11,640 nucleotides of DNA from a virus (taxonomy: Duplodnaviria; Heunggongvirae; Uroviricota; Caudoviricetes), in the IMG/VR virus record IMGVR_UViG_3300028888_000113; one strand, 5' to 3'. Both the position numbers and the translations under genes were made by a program. The notes beneath the pieces were generated by a model. It did not search any database. It worked only from the letters and a program-made list of their open reading frames with translations, and was not told the origin of the DNA. Positions 4,303 through 11,640 of the stretch are shown piece after piece (positions within the stretch are counted from its first letter, which is position 1; the number at the start of each line of letters is the position of its first letter).

Positions 4303-5016
4303 ATGCTTCTACCGACAATGACACATGAGGAAGAGCGTTCTGAGATCCTGAAAGATCTGCCGAACGTTGAGCGATGGGATCAACATCGTTGGAAAGACTA
4401 CCGCAGAATGTCTCTCAAGATGAAAGATTTTCCAAAGTATGTCTTCACCGAGTATGTCAGTCCAAGGAAGAATCGTTGGCTTGTAACCACGAAGTTCTGG
4501 GGTAAGGATGATTTCTGTTCCACCTTTGGAGTGTTGCAGATTTTGAACGGATTGGTCTTGCATCAGGTGTTCTGTTCACTATATGAAGAAAAGTTCTCTA
4601 CGATCTGCACATTCATACCACACTTCTTCGACAGATACCGACAGTACAACAAGCTCGACATCAAGGGCATTCCACTTATAAAACAGATGCTCAAAGATGA
4701 CTGCTCTTTCAATTTGGATCGGACGCAGGAAATATCCGGTCGTAAAGAACTCGACAAAGAGAATAACATACATTGTTGTATGCGTCAGGGAGTAGGACTT
4801 GGATATGAACTTGGGTACAAACACTATCTGATAAAGACATTTGTGACATACGATATGGCGCGTGGCCGTCAGAAGAAAATATTTGAGGCTACACGCGATG
4901 ATTTTTCAAGGAAACTCACTGATAAACCACAGCCAATACAGAGGTTCGATCAGCCGTCTTTCCTTCTCTCAGAAGAAGAAATTAAAAATGCCATTCGCAA
5001 GATTGGCAAAATATAG
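4303..5016 (+). CDS. Hypothetical protein
   Basis: 237-aa open frame starting 3 nt after the previous stop; contains PHFFDRYRQY and IKTFVTYDM motifs. No confident family. Confidence 0.82.
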   Translation: MLLPTMTHEEERSEILKDLPNVERWDQHRWKDYRRMSLKMKDFPKYVFTEYVSPRKNRWLVTTKFWGKDDFCSTFGVLQILNGLVLHQVFCSLYEEKFSTICTFIPHFFDRYRQYNKLDIKGIPLIKQMLKDDCSFNLDRTQEISGRKELDKENNIHCCMRQGVGLGYELGYKHYLIKTFVTYDMARGRQKKIFEATRDDFSRKLTDKPQPIQRFDQPSFLLSEEEIKNAIRKIGKI

Positions 5017-5041
5017 TATTAACATAAATAAAAAACAGCTT

Positions 5042-5473
5042 ATGCAAAGAGTATTAGGCCAAGACATCAAGGATTTGGAAGAGAGGAAAAATTTCCTCAT
5101 TGACAATGCTGATGGTGTTGAAGAAATGGACTACCACAAGTCCTATGAGTCTGAGGAACTTGAGCAGATGAAGACGGAGTTTGCAAACAAGCATATCCGT
5201 ATCGCAGCTCTCGAAGAACAGATCTCTGATTTCAAGGAAGAAATCAACAAGGAACTAAAGCCTCTCAAGGAGGAAGTGAAGAATCTCCGTGAAGATCTCA
5301 AGTCAAAGGGCCGCACGGTTCATGAGAAGGTCTATCGTTTCCTTGATGAAGAGGAACGAATGGTTGGCTTCTACAACTCAGAGGGAATGCTTGTTTCCTC
5401 ACGTCCCGCACGTCGTGACGAATTACAGAAGACAGTTTTCGCAGACTTGCGAAAAGAAGGTACTAACAATTAA
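5042..5473 (+). CDS. Phage hypothetical coiled-coil protein
   Basis: Start moved from 4862 (overlapping the previous gene) to ATG 5042 after A-rich AAATAAAAAACAGCTT. 143 aa with a central coiled coil and a C-terminal GFYNSEGMLVSSRPAR motif. Confidence 0.82.
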   Translation: MQRVLGQDIKDLEERKNFLIDNADGVEEMDYHKSYESEELEQMKTEFANKHIRIAALEEQISDFKEEINKELKPLKEEVKNLREDLKSKGRTVHEKVYRFLDEEERMVGFYNSEGMLVSSRPARRDELQKTVFADLRKEGTNN

Positions 5474-5484
5474 AATTCAGAAAC

Positions 5485-6234
5485 ATGGATCCAGAGAAAC
5501 TTAACATCTTTTTCCCCGAAGGGAAAGACAAGGCAGAGTTAGTCATCCGTCAGGTGAATGACGAAGTGAAGACTACGCTTCCAATTCTTGAGCCTGACAA
5601 AGTATCAATCAGTGGTAACATCACGGCCATTTTCGATTTCCTTGAGAAACGTTGGAATGCAGAAGACAACCAGATTGACCACTGCCGTACTCACATTCTT
5701 GTTGACCGTGACAATCTCAAGATGACTCTTGTTGTCAATGAGACTGACTCACGCAACAAGAAGACAGTGACTGGCACCATCCAACTTTCTCGTCAGTACA
5801 TCGCTTTTGGTGTTAATAAGAAGTTGTGGGAGTCAACTGACCTCGGTAACTTCTTCCGCATCAACCGTTCTTACTTCGAGAAGAAGGAAACCAACATGTC
5901 TCTTGTCAATCTGCTAAAGCGTTTCACAGCCAAGGTAAATACAGAGGTTGAGCGAGAAGAGAAGGATAACGGCTCTGTTACAGATGTATTTCGTAAGGTT
6001 GTCGATTCCAATCTTCCAGAGTCTTTCGCTGTTAGGATTCCTATTTTCAAAGGTTCTCAGCCGGAAGTGTTCACTATTGAGATTATTGCTCATGTCGAAG
6101 GAAGACATGCCGTGCTCGAACTGATTTCTCCTGATGCAGAGGCAATCGTTGAAGAAGTTCGCGACAAACTCATTGACGAAGAGATTGCAAAGATCCGTGA
6201 GCTGGCTCCTGAGATTCCAATCATAGAAGTATAG
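5485..6234 (+). CDS. Phage hypothetical protein, possibly DUF2303/YfdQ-like
   Basis: 249 aa. The C-terminal LPESFAVRIPIFKG...FTIEI and ELAPEIPIIEV segments are reminiscent of YfdQ/DUF2303 proteins (recalled similarity, not searched). Confidence 0.75.
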   Translation: MDPEKLNIFFPEGKDKAELVIRQVNDEVKTTLPILEPDKVSISGNITAIFDFLEKRWNAEDNQIDHCRTHILVDRDNLKMTLVVNETDSRNKKTVTGTIQLSRQYIAFGVNKKLWESTDLGNFFRINRSYFEKKETNMSLVNLLKRFTAKVNTEVEREEKDNGSVTDVFRKVVDSNLPESFAVRIPIFKGSQPEVFTIEIIAHVEGRHAVLELISPDAEAIVEEVRDKLIDEEIAKIRELAPEIPIIEV

Positions 6235-6237
6235 GTC

Positions 6238-6360
6238 ATGGGAAATCCGTATTTCAAACACTCACCGCAGCCCAAGGAGCGTAAAAACTCCTTGGTTGCT
6301 GCTATGAATAGAGAACATTCATCGAATATGGATGACTACCCCGAATATTACTATGGTTAA
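6238..6360 (+). CDS. Possible 40-aa small protein (not in the ORF track)
   Basis: MGNPYFKHSPQPKERKNSLVAAMNREHSSNMDDYPEYYYG starts 3 nt after the previous stop and fills the gap, overlapping the next ORF. Confidence 0.5.
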   Translation: MGNPYFKHSPQPKERKNSLVAAMNREHSSNMDDYPEYYYG

Positions 6361-6529
6361 AGACGGCCAGTACTACTATGCTCCACATCGTCGCATGTGG
6401 GGCATTTGGAAACATCATGAAGACGGTAATGGTTACAGTCATGGTGATTTCATAAAAGATGTACCAACAAAAGAAGAAGCATCAAATGAGGTTTATCGCC
6501 TCAATGGATGGAAACAAAAAACAAATTGA
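6332..6529 (+). CDS. Small phage hypothetical protein
   Basis: 65 aa, GQYYYAPHRRMWGIW...PTKEEASNEVYRLNGW; ends 3 nt before recT. The start could be the ATG at 6353. Confidence 0.75.
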   Translation: MTTPNITMVKDGQYYYAPHRRMWGIWKHHEDGNGYSHGDFIKDVPTKEEASNEVYRLNGWKQKTN

Positions 6530-6532
6530 TTA

Positions 6533-7420
6533 ATGACGAACATTTTAGAAACACTAAAAACTGCTCCACATGAGCAGATTCCAGACCTCGCACACGATAA
6601 ATTCGTAGAAGTCTATTCACAGAAGTTTGGTCCTGAGAAGGCCGAGGCGTTCTTTGAAGAGCAGAAGAATTTGTTCATCAATGAACTTGTTTATGGATCA
6701 TACAAGGATTACTTGAAGCAATCCGATTCCATGTCAATCTACTTTGCTTTTCTGTTCCTGGCTATCAATGGCCTGTCGCTTGAAAAAGGTACAACCACGA
6801 CTTGTTACCTTGAGTGCCGGCGCATTAAGATTGGCGAGGATCCAAACAAACTCGACCCGAAGTATCACCGTCCGACTCCTATCTATCAGTCCAATGCTGT
6901 CATCACAATCACTGGCTACGGAGAGATCATACTCCGTCAGCGTGCCAAACAGATTCGCTCTGTCGATTCTCCGAAGGTTGTTTACGACTGCGACACGTTC
7001 CGCTATGGGGAGTCCGATGGGCATCCTACACTAACATGGGAGAAATGCCTGCCACGTCCGCAAGGCTCCAAGATCATCGCCTGTTATGTCCGCATCATCA
7101 AGAACGATGGTTCTGCTGACTATTTCGTTCTCGACACAGACGAAATCCAAAGACTCAAAGCCTACTCAGGCAAATCCAACTTTGGTAAGACGAATGCTTT
7201 GTATGGAACACAGGCAGACTGCTCCGACATCGATACAGGCTTCTTGAAGTCCAAGACCGTGAAACATGCTTTCAAAGGCTATCCGAAACTCAGCATCGGT
7301 GCAGGTGGTGCCTTCGAGTCAGATAAGGATATTGAGCCTGCTGAGCCAATAGCAGAGCCTACGCCAACACCGCAGGGCGTTCATGCACAGACAGATGATA
7401 TAGATCCATTTAATCAGTAA
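6533..7420 (+). CDS. recT: RecT-family single-strand annealing protein
   Basis: A.NGLSL, CYL, I.GYGE......R...I..VD....VY..D.F, ACYVRI...DG....F.L...EI.RLK.YS and FLKSKTVKHAF pattern, with a Pro/acidic tail. Confidence 0.88.
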   Translation: MTNILETLKTAPHEQIPDLAHDKFVEVYSQKFGPEKAEAFFEEQKNLFINELVYGSYKDYLKQSDSMSIYFAFLFLAINGLSLEKGTTTTCYLECRRIKIGEDPNKLDPKYHRPTPIYQSNAVITITGYGEIILRQRAKQIRSVDSPKVVYDCDTFRYGESDGHPTLTWEKCLPRPQGSKIIACYVRIIKNDGSADYFVLDTDEIQRLKAYSGKSNFGKTNALYGTQADCSDIDTGFLKSKTVKHAFKGYPKLSIGAGGAFESDKDIEPAEPIAEPTPTPQGVHAQTDDIDPFNQ

Positions 7421-7423
7421 ATC

Positions 7424-8713
7424 ATGGCAGATAATCAATTACAGGTAATTGTTCAGCAGTCAGCGGAAGTCACAAAGAATGTGGCTTCCATTAAGACTGA
7501 CATCACTAATGCAATTCAAGAAAACAACACTTCTTTACAGAATTGCATAAAGGCTGGTGAAGGGCTTCTTGCTCAGTCAGAGAGCATGACAGACGAACTT
7601 GATTCCCAGATCGCATCTTTCATCAAGAAAGCGTCTGCAACCAAGAAAGCGATGAATGATAGACGCAAGAGAGTTACGCAGGTCTTTGATTTGGTAAAGA
7701 CTGGATTCACTAAAATGGAGAATCTTCTTGATCCAAAGTCAGAAGAGAGTGTGGTCTATAAGTTACAGAAGAAGCGCGATGAATATGCCGCTTACAAACT
7801 TGAGCAGCAACGCAAGGCAGAAGAAGAGCGTAAGCGTCTGGCTCGTATCGAAGCTGCCAAGACACAACTCCACGACGATGTTATCTCCGTCTGCAATCAG
7901 ATTATCACGGAGAAGACATCGCAGGCCCTCGATCAACTCAATGACAAGTTCCGGCTTCTGACTCTCGATAATGCCAAAGTCGTAAAGCAGGAAATCACAG
8001 ACTTCCCGACTGAGATCAAACTCGGCCAGTTCCTCGCAGAGCGCAAGCCGTCATATTCTCAGGAGGTTGCAGAGGATGATGCACGTCAGATTATGAATGC
8101 TGCATACAAGGAATGTCACGATGCACTTGTGAAATCCTACACGGATTCAGTCGCACAGACAAAGCAGGATATTCTTGACACCTTCGACTCGAAGATTGCA
8201 GAACTCCAGGAGCAGAAACGTCTCGAAGACGAACGCAAGGAGGCTGAGCGTAAGGCTAAAGAAGCCAAGGATGCGGCAGAGAAAGCCGATGCAGAGGCCA
8301 AGGCCAAGGCTGCTGCAGAGGAACAGAAAAAGCGTGAAGCCGAACTTAAAGCCGCCGAAGAAGCCGCTGAAAAGGAACGTCAGGCCAAGGCCCTTGAAGA
8401 GCAGAAGAAGCGTGAAGAGGAAGAGCGTCTTCGCAAGGCTCAGTCTCAGTCTCAGTCACTCTTCGACCAGACACCTACGATTTCCGCACCTGTCAAGGCA
8501 AAGGTTTCTCACCATATTGAGATTGATAATCCAAAAGGCTATATTGCTGTCATTCAGATGTGGTGGACGCATGAGGGCTCCAATATGTCTCTCGAAGATC
8601 TGGCGAAGAAACTTGGCTTTATGGTCAAAGCTTGCGAAAAGTTGAAGAACAAGGAAGACGTTTCGGTTACTGATCCTAACGTCCACTATGTCGAAGACAT
8701 TGTAGCTAAGTAG
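7424..8713 (+). CDS. Long coiled-coil protein with an Ala/Glu/Lys-rich segment
   Basis: 429 aa, mostly helical heptads. The EAERKAKEAKDAAEKADAEAKAKAAAEEQKKRE tract lies at about 8210-8440; small globular C-terminus. Confidence 0.85.
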   Translation: MADNQLQVIVQQSAEVTKNVASIKTDITNAIQENNTSLQNCIKAGEGLLAQSESMTDELDSQIASFIKKASATKKAMNDRRKRVTQVFDLVKTGFTKMENLLDPKSEESVVYKLQKKRDEYAAYKLEQQRKAEEERKRLARIEAAKTQLHDDVISVCNQIITEKTSQALDQLNDKFRLLTLDNAKVVKQEITDFPTEIKLGQFLAERKPSYSQEVAEDDARQIMNAAYKECHDALVKSYTDSVAQTKQDILDTFDSKIAELQEQKRLEDERKEAERKAKEAKDAAEKADAEAKAKAAAEEQKKREAELKAAEEAAEKERQAKALEEQKKREEEERLRKAQSQSQSLFDQTPTISAPVKAKVSHHIEIDNPKGYIAVIQMWWTHEGSNMSLEDLAKKLGFMVKACEKLKNKEDVSVTDPNVHYVEDIVAK

Positions 8714-8714
8714 T

Positions 8715-9380
8715 ATGGATGCGTATTACTCTCGAAGTGAGGTCTCTAACTCAGACCTCACTTCCCTCAAACTCCAGTTGCATCCTCAGTTGGATTTCGT
8801 CAAGCCGAAAGACAAGAAGAAAGCGTTTCATCTTGGCACCCTCGTTGATGGACTTGTCACAGAGCCAAAGAACTGCAATCACTTCCGTTATACCGTCGGC
8901 GACGAAAAGTACACCAAAGATGAATGGGAGTGGGGAAAGAAGCAACTCGAAAAGCTCAGAAAAGCATCTGCCAAAGATCCTTTCCTTGCTTATGTACTTA
9001 CAAATGCAATAGGTCAGGAGGTCTTTATAAATCCTTGTCAGCACTTTGATGTGGGATGCTATAGTTTCGACTTGGCTACACGCTGCAAGTTCGACTGGCA
9101 TCTGGGATTGTTTGGTGGCGACCTCAAGACGGTTACTGCATCTACACAGGACCAGTTTGAAGCTGCTGTTGATTTCTTCGATTGGGATAGGAGCCGTGCA
9201 TTTTACATGGATCTCACTCATTCCCTTGATCCTCGTCTTGGCAATCAGGATTTTATCTATGGAATCTCAAAGACTACAAATAAAGTTTTCTTTAAGAAGA
9301 TAGTCCGAGGTGACGAAACGTATCTCCGAGGAAAAGAGAAATATGAGGAACTTGCGTTCAAAAAATGGTTATTCACGTAG
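8715..9380 (+). CDS. PD-(D/E)XK exonuclease, RecE/exonuclease VIII-like (DUF3799 type)
   Basis: YYSRSEVSNSDL, AFHLGTLVDGLVTEP, RCKFDW and GGDLKT catalytic D...DxK motifs; downstream of recT. Confidence 0.85.
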   Translation: MDAYYSRSEVSNSDLTSLKLQLHPQLDFVKPKDKKKAFHLGTLVDGLVTEPKNCNHFRYTVGDEKYTKDEWEWGKKQLEKLRKASAKDPFLAYVLTNAIGQEVFINPCQHFDVGCYSFDLATRCKFDWHLGLFGGDLKTVTASTQDQFEAAVDFFDWDRSRAFYMDLTHSLDPRLGNQDFIYGISKTTNKVFFKKIVRGDETYLRGKEKYEELAFKKWLFT

Positions 9381-9386
9381 TCCAAA

Positions 9387-9408
9387 TGGCAGCGTTCATA
9401 CGCTGCTA
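9387..9408. other. Intergenic hairpin without U-tract
   Basis: TGGCAGCGT-TCAT-ACGCTGCTA, 9 bp including one G-T pair. Confidence 0.55.
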
Positions 9409-9431
9409 CTACAAACCAATTCTTATTTATT

Positions 9432-10820
9432 ATGGCAAAATATAATCCTTATCCTTATCAAGAAGAAGGCATAGCCAAGACTCTTGAAATGAAACGTTGC
9501 ATCAATGGCGACGAAATGGGCTTGGGAAAGACAGGTCAGGCAATCGTATCTGTAGCCAGAGCGAAAGCAACACCATGCCTGGTGATTTGTCCTGCTTCTC
9601 TCAAGATCAACTGGCAGCGCGAGGTCGAGAACTTCACAGATCTTCGTCCTCTGATTCTCACAGACTCTATCAAATCCACCTTTCCCTATTTCATCGGCAC
9701 GATGAATCTCTATGATGTGGTAATCGTCAACTACGAATCTCTCAAGAAGTATTTCGTGGTCAAGGCTGAGAAGGGTGCCAAGCTCGACGACATCATCTTT
9801 CAAGATGTTATCAAGCTGTTCAAGTCTGTAATCATCGATGAATCTCACCGCTGCAAGAATCCAGCTACTGCAACTGCCCGCTTCTGTATGGGTATCTGTA
9901 AGGGAAAGGAATACATCAATATGCTTACTGGTACTCCAGTAGTCAATGACACAATGGATCTTGCCACCCAACTCTGCATCCTTGGTAGGATAGGGGACTT
10001 CGGTGGTTTCAGTAATTTCGTCAATACCTATGGCGAAGGTAAGCACCTCGAAGAGCTGAATGCCATCCTTCATAATACATGCTATTTCCGTCGTGGAAAG
10101 AAAGAAGTGCTCAAGGATCTGCCAGACCTTACACGTTCAAAGGTTATCACAGAACTCTCCAATCAGGAAGAATACGACCTATGCGAGAATGATCTCCGTC
10201 AATGGCTCAAAGACTATAAGGAACTCACCGACGCAGAGGCACGCAGGAAAATGCGCATGGAAGCACTGGTTCGCTTCATGAATCTTCGCAAACTATCCGG
10301 TCAAGGAAAGGTTGAATCTGCAGTATCATTCATTCAAGATACTTCTGAGCCTGTTGTCGTTTTCGCAGAACACCATGATATAGTGGATGCCCTGCTCGAA
10401 AAGATTCCTGATGCCGTCTGTGTCACTGGCCGTCAGAATGCCGTGCAGAAACAAGCTGCTATCGACGCATTCCAAGCAGGCCAGCGTCGTGTTATCATCT
10501 GCTCCATCAAGGCGGCGGGTGTTGGCCTTACGCTTACCGCTTCATCCAATGTCATCTTCGTGAATCTTCCTTGGACCTTTGCTGATCTATCTCAATGTGA
10601 GGCACGTTGTCACCGCAACGGTCAGAAGAATGCAGTCAACTCATGGATTCTGATTGGAAATAGAGGTGACAAAGGTACCATCGACACCTATCTCTATCAT
10701 CTGATAATGAAGAAGGGATCAATGGCCTCTAAGATTACAGGTGCAGTCGATGATGCTCTTAAAGACGAGAAGTATTTCGACGAACTCACAGATCTCTTCT
10801 TGAATGGAATACACGAATAG
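9432..10820 (+). CDS. SNF2-family (SF2) helicase/ATPase
   Basis: DEMGLGKT (motif I), LVICPASLKINWQRE (Ia), IIDESHRCKN (II), LTGTP (III), GVGLTLTA (V) and QCEARCHRNGQ (VI). Confidence 0.95.
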   Translation: MAKYNPYPYQEEGIAKTLEMKRCINGDEMGLGKTGQAIVSVARAKATPCLVICPASLKINWQREVENFTDLRPLILTDSIKSTFPYFIGTMNLYDVVIVNYESLKKYFVVKAEKGAKLDDIIFQDVIKLFKSVIIDESHRCKNPATATARFCMGICKGKEYINMLTGTPVVNDTMDLATQLCILGRIGDFGGFSNFVNTYGEGKHLEELNAILHNTCYFRRGKKEVLKDLPDLTRSKVITELSNQEEYDLCENDLRQWLKDYKELTDAEARRKMRMEALVRFMNLRKLSGQGKVESAVSFIQDTSEPVVVFAEHHDIVDALLEKIPDAVCVTGRQNAVQKQAAIDAFQAGQRRVIICSIKAAGVGLTLTASSNVIFVNLPWTFADLSQCEARCHRNGQKNAVNSWILIGNRGDKGTIDTYLYHLIMKKGSMASKITGAVDDALKDEKYFDELTDLFLNGIHE

Positions 10821-10828
10821 TCTCTTAT

Positions 10829-10847
10829 GCCGCTGTTATTCAGCGGC
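10829..10847. other. Intergenic hairpin without U-tract
   Basis: GCCGCTG-TTATT-CAGCGGC, 7 perfect bp. Confidence 0.55.
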
Positions 10848-10887
10848 CCTAACAACTAACATTATAAACAATAAAAAATTATAAATC

Positions 10888-11310
10888 ATGGAATTAACAG
10901 GTACTATTATCGCTGTTATGCCTGCAAAGTCAGGTGTTTCAGCACGTACAGGAAACTCGTGGATGACTCAGGAATATGTAATTGAAGTTCCTGGTCAATA
11001 CCCAAGAAGATGTGTATTCTCTATTTTTGGTGAAGACCGCATCAAACAGTTTGCTATTCAACAGGGCGAGCAGAACGTCACTGTTCAGTTTGACATTGAT
11101 GCTCATGAGTACAATGGTCGTTGGTTCAACGAGGTACGTGCTTATAATGTCATTCGTGCCAATCAGCAAGCCGCTTCTCCTGCTCCAGCTGCAACACAAC
11201 AGACAGATATGTTCGCAGGCCAGCAGCAGGCTCCTGCTCAAGCGCAAGCTCCTGCTGCACCTTTCCCTCCTGCTCAAGAACAGAATAACGCTGATGATCT
11301 ACCATTTTAG
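10888..11310 (+). CDS. DUF3127-family single-stranded DNA-binding-like protein
   Basis: OB-fold-like N-terminus (MELTGTIIAV...SGVS..TG..W..QEYVIE..GQYP....F..FGEDRI...V.V.FDIDA.EYNGRWFN.VRA), Gln/Ala/Pro linker and acidic DDLPF tip. Confidence 0.88.
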   Translation: MELTGTIIAVMPAKSGVSARTGNSWMTQEYVIEVPGQYPRRCVFSIFGEDRIKQFAIQQGEQNVTVQFDIDAHEYNGRWFNEVRAYNVIRANQQAASPAPAATQQTDMFAGQQQAPAQAQAPAAPFPPAQEQNNADDLPF

Positions 11311-11313
11311 CGT

Positions 11314-11640
11314 ATGAAGCTATACTTGCTCAACACTCGCGAAGGTCTGAAACCGATGTATGATGAAGACTACGACGAGAAGAAAAAGCTCAAGATCGGT
11401 GAGACTTACGAGGTGGAGATTCGTCTGCCTCGTAATCTCCGTTTTCATCGAAAATACTGGGCTTTATTACGGTGTTCTTGGGAGTATCTGAACGAGAGAC
11501 AGCAAGAGTTTTTCAAGAATGATATAGACGTGTTTCGTAAGAGTCTCGAAGTCACCGCAGGATGGTGTGAGCCTCTGTACGATTTAGAAACTCAGTCATG
11601 GTACCATGCTCCGAAGTCTATCAGCTTCGAGAAGATGAAA
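11314..11640 (+). CDS. DUF1367-family phage protein (3'-partial; not in the ORF track)
   Basis: MKLYLLNTREGLKPMYDEDYDEKKKLKIGETYEVEIRLPRNLRFHRKYWALL...TAGWCEP...PKSISFEKMK, with the RN..FHRK.(W/F)AL and PKSISF..M signatures. Confidence 0.8.
   Translation, partial: MKLYLLNTREGLKPMYDEDYDEKKKLKIGETYEVEIRLPRNLRFHRKYWALLRCSWEYLNERQQEFFKNDIDVFRKSLEVTAGWCEPLYDLETQSWYHAPKSISFEKMK

Larger units (their letters stand above)
1438..11640. mobile_element. Temperate prophage (early/regulatory and recombination region) integrated in tRNA-Gly(CCC); continues beyond the window
   Basis: Half-tRNA att junction, repressor/cro/xis arrangement, tRNA cargo, and a RecT-RecE-like-SNF2-SSB module. No structural genes are in the window, so a phage-like integrative element cannot be excluded. 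Confidence 0.88.

Noticed and set aside
4862-5041. N-terminal extension of the 4862..5473 ORF
   Set aside because: It overlaps the preceding gene by about 155 nt; ATG 5042 has the typical A-rich leader.
4309-11317. Remaining alternative-frame and antisense ORFs in the track (e.g. 9423..10073 -, 8751..9221 -, 8175..8645 +, 10939..11277 -)
   Set aside because: They are nested within well-supported plus-strand genes and lack recognisable motifs or independent signals.

Overview
Host/prophage junction from a Bacteroidota genome, probably Prevotella-like. This is inferred from TAnnTTTG promoter boxes, A-rich SD-less starts and a DUF3127-type SSB. Bases 1-1400 are host: a 5'-partial cytidine deaminase (minus strand), a divergent secreted GH73 glucosaminidase with LysM domains, and a bidirectional terminator. 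At 1404-1444 lies the displaced 3' half of tRNA-Gly(CCC), broken exactly at the anticodon loop, which marks an attachment site. The rest is the early region of a temperate prophage: a short repressor-like gene directly beside att, face-to-face promoters, cro-like and xis-like genes, a ~630-nt structured non-coding block, several hypothetical genes, and a RecT / coiled-coil / RecE-like (DUF3799) / SNF2 helicase / DUF3127 SSB / DUF1367 recombination module running off the window. No integrase is visible. The most unusual element is in the non-coding block. After an intact tRNA-Trp(CCA) there is a second, paralogous tRNA-shaped RNA (3034-3137) with intact, compensated acceptor, D, anticodon and T stems, but a 39-nt insert in place of the 7-nt anticodon loop. 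The insert is complementary to a repeated GTGGCnAACAG motif upstream and to one site downstream, suggesting a tRNA-scaffolded antisense or decoy RNA. Family names are from motif recognition only; no database search was run.
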